This document shows, piece by piece, positions 50,136 to 64,000 of a stretch of 64,000 nt of DNA. Made by a program: the position numbers and the translations under genes. The notes under the pieces were generated by a model. That model saw only the letters and a program-made list of their open reading frames with translations. It made no database searches and was not told the DNA's origin. Where the stretch lies: NCBI RefSeq assembly GCF_032444005.1, contig NC_091285.1:641142001-641206000 (forward strand), given 5' to 3'. Positions within the stretch are counted from its first letter, which is position 1. Each line of letters starts with the position of its first letter. The DNA is from Ranitomeya imitator. Taxonomy: Eukaryota.

Positions 50136-52090
50136 AAACTTACACAGCATCAATAGTAAAACGATCTAATGTTACAAATAATAATTAAAAAAAAGGTTAT
50201 TCTCACCCTCCGACGTCACCTGTTGTCCTCGGCAGTGCAAGCGGCAGGTTCCAGTGCCCAGGATGCTATGCGAGAAGGACCTGCCATGACATCACGATCA
50301 TGTGACCGCGACGTCATCACAGGTCCTGCGCTCATACCAACCCTGGGACCGGAAGCTGCCGCGTGCACCGCACACAAGCGCCAGGACTTCAAGGGGTCTT
50401 CGGAAGGTGAGTATATATTTATTTTTTGTTTTAAGTCTTTTTTAACCACGCATATAGTGCCCACATTGCTATATACTACGTGGGCTGTGTTACATACTGC
50501 GTGGGCTCTGTTATATACTACATCTATGTGCTATATACGATGTAGCTGGGCAATATACAACGTGACTGTCCAATATACTACGTAGCTGTGCAATATACTA
50601 TGTGGCTGTGTCGGTTCTGTTATATACTACATCGACTGTGCAATATACTACGTGGCTGTGCAATATACTATGATATACGACGTGGCTATGTTATATACTA
50701 CATGGCTCTGCTACATACTATGTGGCTGACCAATATACTACGTACCTGTGCAAAACACTACGTGGCTATGTTATATACTACGTGGCTGTGTTATATACTA
50801 CGTAGCTCTGCTATATACTATGTACGCTGTGTTACATTCTACGTCGGTTGTGTTCTATACTACTGTGCAATATAGCATGTAGCCTGTGCTATATACTACC
50901 TACATATTCTAGAATACCAGATACGTTAGAATCGGGCCACGTTCTAGTATATACAGTATATAACTGGTAGTCTGTAGGGAAAGTTAGAAAGTTCCAGACA
51001 TCCGTCTGAGGAGGACAGAGGGTTTACAGAGCTGTGCATGCCCTCAGAGCTGCAGCTCCCAGAAAGACATTTTAGAAAGCAGAATTGATTGCAGCGAGCG
51101 TGCGAGAGATTAAGCACAGGAGAGGATACCAGCAGGGGACCAGCCCCAAGCAGGCTGCCTCCTTCTGAGGCGCAGAACACCGGTAGCCGGTATACCGAGG
51201 TTGTAAGGACCTCCACAGAGAGAGAGAGAGAGAGAGAATCTGTGAGGACCTCTGAGGACCTTATGTGAAGCTTAGCAGTAAGGGACTACACCACTACAGC
51301 GCAAAGGAAAGCTTTTACTTTCCACCTGGATAAGGGGACTGTGGACTTGCCTCCGAACCGGCCAGACCCTGCCTGCCCTGTGATCTGGTGCCCTGGACTG
51401 TGGCTGCTGAAGTCTTCAGTAAACGAGGTAAAGAGACTGCAACCTTGTGTCCTCGTTCCTTACTGCACCTCTCACTATACCACCATTTACACACTGGGAG
51501 GCCCTGGGGATATATTTCACCTGTGGGAAGGTATACCATGTAGATGCCATAACATCACCCCAGCGGACCCCTTAAAGCAGCGTCAGTCACCCTGACCGAA
51601 TACCACAGGTGGCGTCACGAACATAAACTTTATTCCCTTTAAAGACCGTTCCCTTTTACATGGGCACCCAGGGCCACGGACCGGGTTGCAGCCACCGTGA
51701 CATCCCCCTGTGAACACCGGTACCGAGTACCCCCAACCTGCGGGGAGACTCATCTTTGAGTTGTACGGAGTGCAGCCGCGTGTGTATGAGGTGTATGGAG
51801 CGGAGCCGTGTGTGCAAGGTGTATGGAGCAGAGTCATGTGTGTGTATGAAGTGTACGAAGCGGAGCCGCATGTGTACGAGGTGTACGGAGCGTACGCTAG
51901 CTGTGTCGGATCAGAGCAGATATTGCTCCTCGCTCTGACACTGACTGGCAGAGGAAACATGGAGAGGTCTTTATCAGTGGCATACCGGAGCTGCAGCGAC
52001 GTGAGCAGTCAGCGGTGCGGCGCAGCTGGATGACATCATTCAGCGCCACGGGAGTGGAAGCTGCCGGCTGCTGTAAGGGAGTGCATTGCA

Positions 52091-52178
<88 letters not shown>

Positions 52179-53370
52179 ATAGTGATGGAGCAGACAATAA
52201 TGGGGGTGTGAAGGCAATGATGGGGTGGGGTAACCATGTATGACCATTATACTGTACGCAGTATCATGTGGGGCCATAATATTGTACCCAGCATCATATG
52301 GCACCATTATACTATACAAAGCATCATGTGAGGCAATTATACAGTATGCAGCATCATGTGGGCCCATTATACTGCACGGAGCATCACATGGGGCCAGTAT
52401 ACTGCACGCAACATCATGTGGGCCATTATACTGTACGCAGCATTATGTGTGGCCATTATACAGTATGGTGCATCATTTGTGGCCATTATACAGTATGGAG
52501 CACTGTGTGGCCATTATACAGTATGGAGCACTGTGTGGCCATTATACAGTATGGAGCACTGTGTGGCCATTATACAGTATGGAGCATAATGTGTGGCCAT
52601 TATACAATGGAGCATAATGTGTGGCCATTTTACAGTATGGAGCATCATGTGTGGCCATTATACAGTATGGAGCACTGTGTGGCCATTATACGGTATGGAG
52701 CACCATGTGGCCATTATACAGTATTGAGCATCATGTGTGGCCATTATACAGTATAGAGCATAATGTGTGGCCATTATACAATGGAGCATCATGTGTGGCC
52801 ATTATACAGTATGGAGCATCATGTGGGGCCATTATACAGAATAGAGCATAATGTGTGGCCATTATACAATGGAGCATCATGTGTGGCCACCCATTATACA
52901 GTATGGAGCATCATGTGGGGCCATTATACAGTATGGAGCATCATGTGGGGCCATTATACAGTATGGAGCATCATGTGTAGCCATTATACAGTATGGAGCA
53001 TCATGAGTGGCCATTATACAGTATGGAGCATCATGTGTGGCCATTATACAGTATGGAGCATCATGTGTGGCCATTATACAGTATGGAGCATCATGTGTGG
53101 CCATTATACAGTATGGAGCATCATGTGTGGCCATTATACAGTATGGAGCATCATGTGTGGCCATTATACAGTATGGAGCATCATGTGGGGCCATTATACA
53201 GTATGGAGCATCATGTGGGGCCATTATACAGTATGGAGCATCATGTGTAGCCATTATACAGTATGGAGCATCATGTGTGGCCATTATACAGTATGGAGCA
53301 TAATGTGTGGCCATTATACAGTATTGAGCATCATGTGTGGCCATTATACAGTATGGAGCATGCTCCATAC
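50136..53370 (+). repeat. Duplicated block B: Helitron 3' part (no hAT), LTR 3' part with PBS, minisatellites
   Basis: Near-identical to 35990-36308 plus 40765-43400. Helitron CTAG at 50944-50947 and LTR end at 51607. Confidence 0.95.
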
Positions 53371-53399
53371 ATCACATGAGACAGACGCTGGGGTATATA

Positions 53400-55052
53400 C
53401 AGTTAGGGCCAGAAATATTTGGACAGTGACACAAGTTTTGTTATTTTAGCTGTTTACAAAAACATGTTCAGAAATACAATTATATATATAATATGGGCTG
53501 AAAGTGCACACTCCCAGCTGCAATATGATAGTTTCCACATCCAAATCGGAGAAAGGGTTTAGGAATCATAGCTTTGTAATGCATAGCGTCCTCTTTTTCA
53601 AGGGACCAAAAGTAATTGGACAATGGACTCTAAGGGCTGCAATTAACTCTGAAGGCGTCTCCCTCGTTAACCTGTAATCAATGAAGTAGTTAAAAGGTCA
53701 GGGGTGGATTCCAGGTGTGTGGTTTTGCATTTGGAAGCTGTTGCTGTGAGCAGACAACATGCGGTCAAAGGAACTCTCAATTGAGGTGAAGCAGAACATC
53801 CTGAGGCTGAAAAAAAAGAAAAAATCCATCAGAGAGATAGCAGACATGCTTGGAGTAGCAAAATCAACAGTTGGGTACATTCTGAGAAAAAAGGAATTGA
53901 CTGGTGAGCTTGGGAACTCAAAAAGGCCTGGGCGTCCACGGATGACAACAGTGGTGGATGATCGCCGCATACTTAATTTGGTGAAGAAGAACCCGTTCAC
54001 AACATCAACTGAAGTCCAGAACACTCTCAGTGAAGTAGGTGTATCTGTCTCTAAGTCAACAGTAAAGAGAAGACTCCATGACAGTAAATACAAAGGGTTC
54101 ACATCTAGATGCAAACCATTCATCAATACCAAAAATAGACAGGCCAGAGTTAAATTTGCAGAAAAACACCTCAAGAAGCCAGCTCAGTTCTGGAAAAGTA
54201 TTCTATGGACAGATGAGACAAAGATCAACCTGTACCAGAATGATGGGAAGAAAAAAAGTTTGGAGAAGAAAGGGAACCGCACATGATCCAAGGCACACCA
54301 CATCCTCTGTAAAACATGGTGGAGGCAACGTGATGGCATGGGCATGCATGGCTTTCAATGGCACTGGGTCACTTGTGTTTATTGATGACATAAGAGCAGA
54401 CAAGAGTAGCCGGATGAATTCTGAAGTGTACCGGGATATACTTTCAGCCCAGATTCAGCCAAATGCTGCAAAGTTGATTGGACGGCGCTTCATAGTACAG
54501 ATGGACAATGACCCCAAGCATACAGCCAAAGCTACCCAGGAGTTCATGAGTGCCAAAAAGTGGAACATTCTGCAATGGCCAAGTCAATCTCCAGATCTAA
54601 ACCCAATTGAGCATGCATTTCACTTGCTCAAATCCAGACTTAAGATGGAAAGACCCACAAACAAGCAAGACCTGAAGGCTGCGGCTGTAAAGGCCTGGCA
54701 AAGCATTAAGAAGGAGGAAACCCAGCGTTTGGTGATGTCCATGGGTTCCAGACTTAAGGCAGTGATTGCCTCCAAAGGATTTGCAACAAAATATTGAAAA
54801 TAAAAATATTTTGTTTGGGTTATGTTTATTTGTCCAATTACTTTTGACCTCCTAAAATGTGGAGTGTTTGTAAAGAAATGTGTACAATTCCTACATTTTC
54901 TATCAGATATTTTTGTTCAACCCTTCAAATTAAACGTTACAATCTGCACTTGAATTCTGTTGTAGAGGTTTCATTTCAAATCCAATGTGGTGGCATGCAG
55001 AGCCCAACTCGCGAAAATTGTGTCACTGTCCAAATATTTCTGGCCCTAACTG
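53400..55052 (+). mobile_element. Tc1 copy B, full length, transposase frameshifted by one extra A at ~54250
   Basis: Same TIRs and TA flanks as copy A. ORF split into 53759-54286 and 54078-54797 at GGGAAGAAAAAAAG. Confidence 0.95.
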
Positions 55053-58000
55053 TACATCACATGAGACAGACACTGGGGTATATACATCACATGAGACAGA
55101 CACTGGGGTATATACATCACATGAGACAGACACTGGGGTATATACATCACTGGGGCTGACACTGGGGTATATAAATCACTGGGGCAGATACTGGGGTATA
55201 TACATCACTGGGGCAGACACTGGGGTATATACATCACATGAGGCAGACACTGGGGTATATAAATCACTGGGGCAGACACTGGGGTATATAAATCACTGGG
55301 GCAGACACTGGGGTATATACATCACTGGGGCAGACACTGGGGTATATACATCACTGGGGCTGACACTGGGGTATATACATCACTGACACTGGGGTATATA
55401 CATCACATGAGACAGACACTGAGGTATATAAATCACTGGGGCAGACACTGGGCTTTATATACATCACTGGGGCAGACACTGGGGTATATACATCACTGGG
55501 GCTGATACTGGGGTATATACATCACTGGGGCTGACACTGGGGTATATACATCACTGGGGCTGACACTGGGGTATATACATCACTGGGGCTGACACTGGGG
55601 TTTATATACATCACTGGGGCAGACACTGGGGTATATACATCACTGGGGCTGACACTGGGGTATATACATCACTGGGGCTGACACTGGGGTATATACATCA
55701 CTGGGGCTGACACTGGAGTATATACATCACTGGGGCTGACACTGGAGTATATACATCACTGGGGCTGACACTGGGGTATATACATCACTGGGGCTGACAC
55801 TGGGGTATATACATCACTGGGGCTGACACTGGGGTATATACATCACTGGGGCTGACACTGGAGTATATACATCACTGGGGCTGACACTGGGGTATATACA
55901 TCACTGGGGCTGACACTGGGGTATATACATCACTGGGGCTGACACTGGAATATATACATCACTGGGGCTGACACTGGAGTATATACATCACTGGGGCTGA
56001 CACTGGAGTATATACATCACTGGGGCTGACACTGGAGTATATACATCACTGGGGCTGACACTGGAGTATATACATCACTGGGGCTGACACTGGAGTATAT
56101 ACATCACTGGGGCTGACACTGGAGTATATACATCACTGGGGCTGACACTGGAGTATATACATCACTGGGGCTGACACTGGAGTATATACATCACTGGGGC
56201 TGACACTGGGGTATATACATCACTGGGGCTGACACTGGAGTATATACATCACTGGGGCTGACACTGGGGTATATACATCACTGGGGCTGACACTGGAGTA
56301 TATACATCACTGACACTGGGGTATATACATCACTGGGGCTGACACTGGGGTATATACATCACTGGGGCTGACACTGGGGTATATACATCACTGACACTGG
56401 GGTATATACATCACTGGGGCTGACACTGGGGTATATACATCACTGGGGCAGACACTGGGGTATATACATCACTGGGGCTGACACTGGGGTATATACATCA
56501 CTGGGGCTGACACTGGGGTATATACATCACTGACACTGGGGTATATACATCACTGACACTGGGGTATATACATCACTGACACTGGGGTATATACATCACT
56601 GACACTGGGGTATATACATCACTGACACTGGGGTATATACATCACTGGGGCTGACACTGGGGTATATACATCACTGGGGCTGACACTGGGGTATATACAT
56701 CACTGGGGCTGACACTGGGGTATATACATCACTGGGGCTGACACTGGGGTATATACTTCACTGGGGCTGACACTGGGGTATATACATCACTGGGGCTGAC
56801 ACTGGGGTATATACATCACTGGGGCTGACACTGGGGTATATACATCACTGGGGCTGACACTGGGGTATATACATCACTGGGGTATGTATTGTATACAGTA
56901 CAAAAAGGAAAAAAAATAACCAGCTCACCTGCGGCGTGTACAAGTGCGGAACCCGTGTAGTCTCACATGTGGTGATCAAAAAATAGGTGTTAATCCAGCT
57001 TCTTATAAAATTAAATTTTATTTATCAAAAATTAAAAAGGAAGATGATGACAGACAAGATGTAACATAACAAGTGGCTACGAGTTTCGAATACAAAGTGT
57101 CCTTTCCCAAGCTACACATACTAAAACCTTAATGGAATTTATACCATGATTAACCAATTAGAAGGTATTCACTCATCACATGATGCTAAACACGATTGAT
57201 TAAAATCACATGCATTTATAATAAGGAAAAAGAAAAAAGAAACCCAAAATCCCAGCAATAATATAACCAAATCCCAGAAAACTACAATTGGCATAATTAC
57301 AGCAGACAGCATTCAAAACCCCCAAAAAGTAAAAAAAAAATTTGAGAAACAAACAATTTTTTTTTACATATTTATGTACATCACTGGGGCTGACACTGTG
57401 GTATATATATATATCACATGAGACAGACACTGGGGTATATACATCACATGAGGCAGACACTGGGGTATATACATCACATGAGACAGACACTGGGGTACAT
57501 ACATCACATGAGACAGACACTGGGGTACATACATCACATGAGAGAGACAATGGGGTATATACATCACATGAGACAGACACTGGGGTATATACATCACATG
57601 AGGCAGACACTGGGGTATATACATCACATGAGACAGACACTGGGGTATATACATCACATAAGAGACACTGGGGTATATACATCACATAAGACAGACACTG
57701 GGGTATATACATCACATGAGAGAGACAATGGGGTACATACATCACATGAGAGAGACAATGGGGTATATACATCACATGAGACAGACAATGGGGTATATAC
57801 ATCACATGAGACAGACACTGGGGTATATACATCACATGAGGCAGACACTGAGGTACATACATCACATGAGACAGACACTGGGGTATATACATCACATGAG
57901 ACAGACACTGGGGTATATACATCACATGAGACAGACACTGGGGTATATACATCACATGAGACAGACACTGGGGTATATACATCACATGAGGCAGACACTG

Positions 58001-59309
58001 GGGTATATACATCACATGAGACAGACACTGGGGTATATACATCACATGAGACAGACACTGGGGTATATACATCACATGAGACAGACACTGGGGTATATAC
58101 ATCACATAAGAGACACTGGGGTATATACATCACATAAGACAGACACTGGGGTATATACATCACATGAGACAGACACTGGGGTATATACATCACATGAGAC
58201 AGACACTGGGGTATATACATCACATGAGACAGACACTGGGGTACATACATCACATGAGACAGACACTGGGGTATATACATCACATGAGACAGACACTGGG
58301 GTATATACATCACATAAGAGACACTGGGGTATATACATCACATAAGACAGACACTGGGGTATATACATCACATGAGACAGACACTGGGGTATATACATCA
58401 CATGAGACAGACACTGGGGTATATACATCACATGAGGCAGACACTGGGGTATATACATCACATGAGGCAGACACTGGGGTATATACATCACATGAGGCAG
58501 ACACTGGGGTATATACATCACATGAGACAGACACTGAGGTATATACATCACATGAGACAGACACTGGGGTATATACATCACATGAGGCAGACACTGGGGT
58601 ATATACATCACATGAGACAGACACTGAGGTATATACATCACATGAGACAGACACTGGGGTATATACATCACATGAGGCAGACACTGGAGTATATACATCA
58701 CATGAGGCAGACACTGGGGTATATACATCACATGAGGCAGACACTGGGGTATATACATCACATGAGGCAGACACTGGGGTATATACATCACATGAGGCAG
58801 ACACTGGGGTATATACATCACATGAGGCAGACACTGGGGTATATACATCACATGAGGCAGACACTGAGGTATATACATCACATGAGACAGACATTGGGAT
58901 ATATACATCACATGAGACAGACACTGGGGTATATACATCACTGGGGCAGACACTGAGGTATATACATCACATGAGACAGACACTGGGGTATATACATCAC
59001 ATGAGACAGACACTGGGGTATATACATCACATGAAGCAGACACTGAGGTATATACATCACATGAGACAGACACTGGGGTATATACATCACATAAGAGACA
59101 CTGGGGTATATACATCACATAAGACAGACACTGGGGTATATACATCACATGAGACAGACACTGGGGTATATACATCACATGAGACAGACACTGGAGTATA
59201 TACATCACATGAGACAGACACTGGGGTATATACATCACATGAGACAGATACTGGGGTATATACATCACATGAGACAGACACTGGGGTACATACATCACAT
59301 GAGACAGAC

Positions 59310-61264
59310 AAACTTACACAGCATCAATAGTAAAACGATCTAATGTTACAAATAATAATTAAAAAAAAGGTTATTCTCACCCTCCGACGTCACCTGTTGT
59401 CCTCGGCAGTGCAAGCGGCAGGTTCCAGTGCCCAGGATGCTATGCGAGAAGGACCTGCCATGACATCACGATCATGTGACCGCGACGTCATCACAGGTCC
59501 TGCGCTCATACCAACCCTGGGACCGGAAGCTGCCGCGTGCACCGCACACAAGCGCCAGGACTTCAAGGGGTCTTCGGAAGGTGAGTATATATTTATTTTT
59601 TGTTTTAAGTCTTTTTTAACCACGCATATAGTGCCCACATTGCTATATACTACGTGGGCTGTGTTACATACTGCGTGGGCTCTGTTATATACTACATCTA
59701 TGTGCTATATACGATGTAGCTGGGCAATATACAACGTGACTGTCCAATATACTACGTAGCTGTGCAATATACTATGTGGCTGTGTCGGTTCTGTTATATA
59801 CTACATCGACTGTGCAATATACTACGTGGCTGTGCAATATACTATGATATACGACGTGGCTATGTTATATACTACATGGCTCTGCTACATACTATGTGGC
59901 TGACCAATATACTACGTACCTGTGCAAAACACTACGTGGCTATGTTATATACTACGTGGCTGTGTTATATACTACGTAGCTCTGCTATATACTATGTACG
60001 CTGTGTTACATTCTACGTCGGTTGTGTTCTATACTACTGTGCAATATAGCATGTAGCCTGTGCTATATACTACCTACATATTCTAGAATACCAGATACGT
60101 TAGAATCGGGCCACGTTCTAGTATATACAGTATATAACTGGTAGTCTGTAGGGAAAGTTAGAAAGTTCCAGACATCCGTCTGAGGAGGACAGAGGGTTTA
60201 CAGAGCTGTGCATGCCCTCAGAGCTGCAGCTCCCAGAAAGACATTTTAGAAAGCAGAATTGATTGCAGCGAGCGTGCGAGAGATTAAGCACAGGAGAGGA
60301 TACCAGCAGGGGACCAGCCCCAAGCAGGCTGCCTCCTTCTGAGGCGCAGAACACCGGTAGCCGGTATACCGAGGTTGTAAGGACCTCCACAGAGAGAGAG
60401 AGAGAGAGAGAATCTGTGAGGACCTCTGAGGACCTTATGTGAAGCTTAGCAGTAAGGGACTACACCACTACAGCGCAAAGGAAAGCTTTTACTTTCCACC
60501 TGGATAAGGGGACTGTGGACTTGCCTCCGAACCGGCCAGACCCTGCCTGCCCTGTGATCTGGTGCCCTGGACTGTGGCTGCTGAAGTCTTCAGTAAACGA
60601 GGTAAAGAGACTGCAACCTTGTGTCCTCGTTCCTTACTGCACCTCTCACTATACCACCATTTACACACTGGGAGGCCCTGGGGATATATTTCACCTGTGG
60701 GAAGGTATACCATGTAGATGCCATAACATCACCCCAGCGGACCCCTTAAAGCAGCGTCAGTCACCCTGACCGAATACCACAGGTGGCGTCACGAACATAA
60801 ACTTTATTCCCTTTAAAGACCGTTCCCTTTTACATGGGCACCCAGGGCCACGGACCGGGTTGCAGCCACCGTGACATCCCCCTGTGAACACCGGTACCGA
60901 GTACCCCCAACCTGCGGGGAGACTCATCTTTGAGTTGTACGGAGTGCAGCCGCGTGTGTATGAGGTGTATGGAGCGGAGCCGTGTGTGCAAGGTGTATGG
61001 AGCAGAGTCATGTGTGTGTATGAAGTGTACGAAGCGGAGCCGCATGTGTACGAGGTGTACGGAGCGTACGCTAGCTGTGTCGGATCAGAGCAGATATTGC
61101 TCCTCGCTCTGACACTGACTGGCAGAGGAAACATGGAGAGGTCTTTATCAGTGGCATACCGGAGCTGCAGCGACGTGAGCAGTCAGCGGTGCGGCGCAGC
61201 TGGATGACATCATTCAGCGCCACGGGAGTGGAAGCTGCCGGCTGCTGTAAGGGAGTGCATTGCA

Positions 61265-61354
<90 letters not shown>

Positions 61355-62546
61355 ATAGTGATGGAGCAGACAATAATGGGGGTGTGAAGGCAATGATGGG
61401 GTGGGGTAACCATGTATGACCATTATACTGTACGCAGTATCATGTGGGGCCATAATATTGTACCCAGCATCATATGGCACCATTATACTATACAAAGCAT
61501 CATGTGAGGCAATTATACAGTATGCAGCATCATGTGGGCCCATTATACTGCACGGAGCATCACATGGGGCCAGTATACTGCACGCAACATCATGTGGGCC
61601 ATTATACTGTACGCAGCATTATGTGTGGCCATTATACAGTATGGTGCATCATTTGTGGCCATTATACAGTATGGAGCACTGTGTGGCCATTATACAGTAT
61701 GGAGCACTGTGTGGCCATTATACAGTATGGAGCACTGTGTGGCCATTATACAGTATGGAGCATAATGTGTGGCCATTATACAATGGAGCATAATGTGTGG
61801 CCATTTTACAGTATGGAGCATCATGTGTGGCCATTATACAGTATGGAGCACTGTGTGGCCATTATACGGTATGGAGCACCATGTGGCCATTATACAGTAT
61901 TGAGCATCATGTGTGGCCATTATACAGTATAGAGCATAATGTGTGGCCATTATACAATGGAGCATCATGTGTGGCCATTATACAGTATGGAGCATCATGT
62001 GGGGCCATTATACAGAATAGAGCATAATGTGTGGCCATTATACAATGGAGCATCATGTGTGGCCACCCATTATACAGTATGGAGCATCATGTGGGGCCAT
62101 TATACAGTATGGAGCATCATGTGGGGCCATTATACAGTATGGAGCATCATGTGTAGCCATTATACAGTATGGAGCATCATGAGTGGCCATTATACAGTAT
62201 GGAGCATCATGTGTGGCCATTATACAGTATGGAGCATCATGTGTGGCCATTATACAGTATGGAGCATCATGTGTGGCCATTATACAGTATGGAGCATCAT
62301 GTGTGGCCATTATACAGTATGGAGCATCATGTGTGGCCATTATACAGTATGGAGCATCATGTGGGGCCATTATACAGTATGGAGCATCATGTGGGGCCAT
62401 TATACAGTATGGAGCATCATGTGTAGCCATTATACAGTATGGAGCATCATGTGTGGCCATTATACAGTATGGAGCATAATGTGTGGCCATTATACAGTAT
62501 TGAGCATCATGTGTGGCCATTATACAGTATGGAGCATGCTCCATAC
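59310..62546 (+). repeat. Duplicated block C (near-identical to block B, offset ~9175 bp)
   Basis: Identical ORF translations offset by 9174-9176 bp; only microsatellite details differ. Confidence 0.95.
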
Positions 62547-62575
62547 ATCACATGAGACAGACGCTGGGGTATATA

Positions 62576-64000
62576 CAGTTAGGGCCAGAAATATTTGGAC
62601 AGTGACACAAGTTTTGTTATTTTAGCTGTTTACAAAAACATGTTCAGAAATACAATCATATATATAATATGGGCTGAAAGTGCACACTCCCAGCTGCAAT
62701 ATGATAGTTTCCACATCCAAATCGGAGAAAGGGTTTAGGAATCATAGCTTTGTAATGCATAGCGTCCTCTTTTTCAAGGGACCAAAAGTAATTGGACAAT
62801 GGACTCTAAGGGCTGCAATTAACTCTGAAGGCGTCTCCCTCGTTAACCTGTAATCAATGAAGTAGTTAAAAGGTCAGGGGTGGATTCCAGGTGTGTGGTT
62901 TTGCATTTGGAAGCTGTTGCTGTGAGCAGACAACATGCGGTCAAAGGAACTCTCAATTGAGGTGAAGCAGAACATCCTGAGGCTGAAAAAAAAGAAAAAA
63001 TCCATCAGAGAGATAGCAGACATGCTTGGAGTAGCAAAATCAACAGTTGGGTACATTCTGAGAAAAAAGGAATTGACTGGTGAGCTTGGGAACTCAAAAA
63101 GGCCTGGGCGTCCACGGATGACAACAGTGGTGGATGATCGCCGCATACTTAATTTGGTGAAGAAGAACCCGTTCACAACATCAACTGAAGTCCAGAACAC
63201 TCTCAGTGAAGTAGGTGTATCTGTCTCTAAGTCAACAGTAAAGAGAAGACTCCATGACAGTAAATACAAAGGGTTCACATCTAGATGCAAACCATTCATC
63301 AATACCAAAAATAGACAGGCCAGAGTTAAATTTGCAGAAAAACACCTCAAGAAGCCAGCTCAGTTCTGGAAAAGTATTCTATGGACAGATGAGACAAAGA
63401 TCAACCTGTACCAGAATGATGGGAAGAAAAAAGTTTGGAGAAGAAAGGGAACCGCACATGATCCAAGGCACACCACATCCTCTGTAAAACATGGTGGAGG
63501 CAACGTGATGGCATGGGCATGCATGGCTTTCAATGGCACTGGGTCACTTGTGTTTATTGATGACATAAGAGCAGACAAGAGTAGCCGGATGAATTCTGAA
63601 GTGTACCGGGATATACTTTCAGCCCAGATTCAGCCAAATGCTGCAAAGTTGATTGGACGGCGCTTCATAGTACAGATGGACAATGACCCCAAGCATACAG
63701 CCAAAGCTACCCAGGAGTTCATGAGTGCCAAAAAGTGGAACATTCTGCAATGGCCAAGTCAATCTCCAGATCTAAACCCAATTGAGCATGCATTTCACTT
63801 GCTCAAATCCAGACTTAAGATGGAAAGACCCACAAACAAGCAAGACCTGAAGGCTGCGGCTGTAAAGGCCTGGCAAAGCATTAAGAAGGAGGAAACCCAG
63901 CGTTTGGTGATGTCCATGGGTTCCAGACTTAAGGCAGTGATTGCCTCCAAAGGATTTGCAACAAAATATTGAAAATAAAAATATTTTGTTTGGGTTATGT
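62576..64000 (+). mobile_element. Tc1 copy C (right end beyond the window)
   Basis: TA-CAGTTAGGGCC left TIR at 62576. Confidence 0.95.
62935..63972 (+). CDS. Tc1 transposase, intact 345 aa (B/C allele)
   Basis: Complete ORF with DD34E triad. Differs from copy A at five residues (E>K, L>V, R>S, T>M, V>A). Confidence 0.95.
   Translation: MRSKELSIEVKQNILRLKKKKKSIREIADMLGVAKSTVGYILRKKELTGELGNSKRPGRPRMTTVVDDRRILNLVKKNPFTTSTEVQNTLSEVGVSVSKSTVKRRLHDSKYKGFTSRCKPFINTKNRQARVKFAEKHLKKPAQFWKSILWTDETKINLYQNDGKKKVWRRKGTAHDPRHTTSSVKHGGGNVMAWACMAFNGTGSLVFIDDIRADKSSRMNSEVYRDILSAQIQPNAAKLIGRRFIVQMDNDPKHTAKATQEFMSAKKWNILQWPSQSPDLNPIEHAFHLLKSRLKMERPTNKQDLKAAAVKAWQSIKKEETQRLVMSMGSRLKAVIASKGFATKY

Noticed and set aside
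44522-59330. MRQTLGYIHH / VYTSHETDTG / MYIPQCLSHV repeat ORFs
   Set aside because: 30-bp minisatellite artefacts.
29168-63000. CRISPR-like appearance of the regular short repeats
   Set aside because: The units are directly adjacent with no unique spacers, there are no cas genes, and the context is eukaryotic.
33040-64000. A divergent partner gene from the bidirectional-type promoter
   Set aside because: No plus-strand exon or host-like coding sequence was found; the region is entirely repeats.

Overview
Repeat-dense vertebrate genomic DNA. The transposon landscape suggests an anuran amphibian (inference). One host gene is visible on the minus strand: the first coding exon of a DDHD2-type phospholipase (4162-4363). 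A CpG-rich promoter with a probable non-coding exon 1 lies ~28 kb upstream (~32811-33040). The intervening intron holds MITEs, piggyBac-like and Tc1 relics, Penelope-like fragments with hammerhead-like motifs, a full-length but decayed DIRS1 retrotransposon (ITRs plus ICR) and two head-to-tail non-autonomous Helitrons. Left of the coding exon are a young 5'-truncated L1 and an L2 relic. Right of the promoter everything is repetitive. First comes a multi-level nest: Penelope-like arm > minisatellite element > LTR > Helitron > hAT > MITEs. Then comes an ~8-9 kb tandem macro-repeat whose units each carry a DD34E Tc1 transposon (two intact 345-aa ORFs, one frameshifted). The units are joined by two recurring junctions, one of which is a perfect 20-bp palindrome. 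Most long ORFs in the ORF track are minisatellite artefacts. All identifications were made by eye and from memory of the families; no database searches were run.
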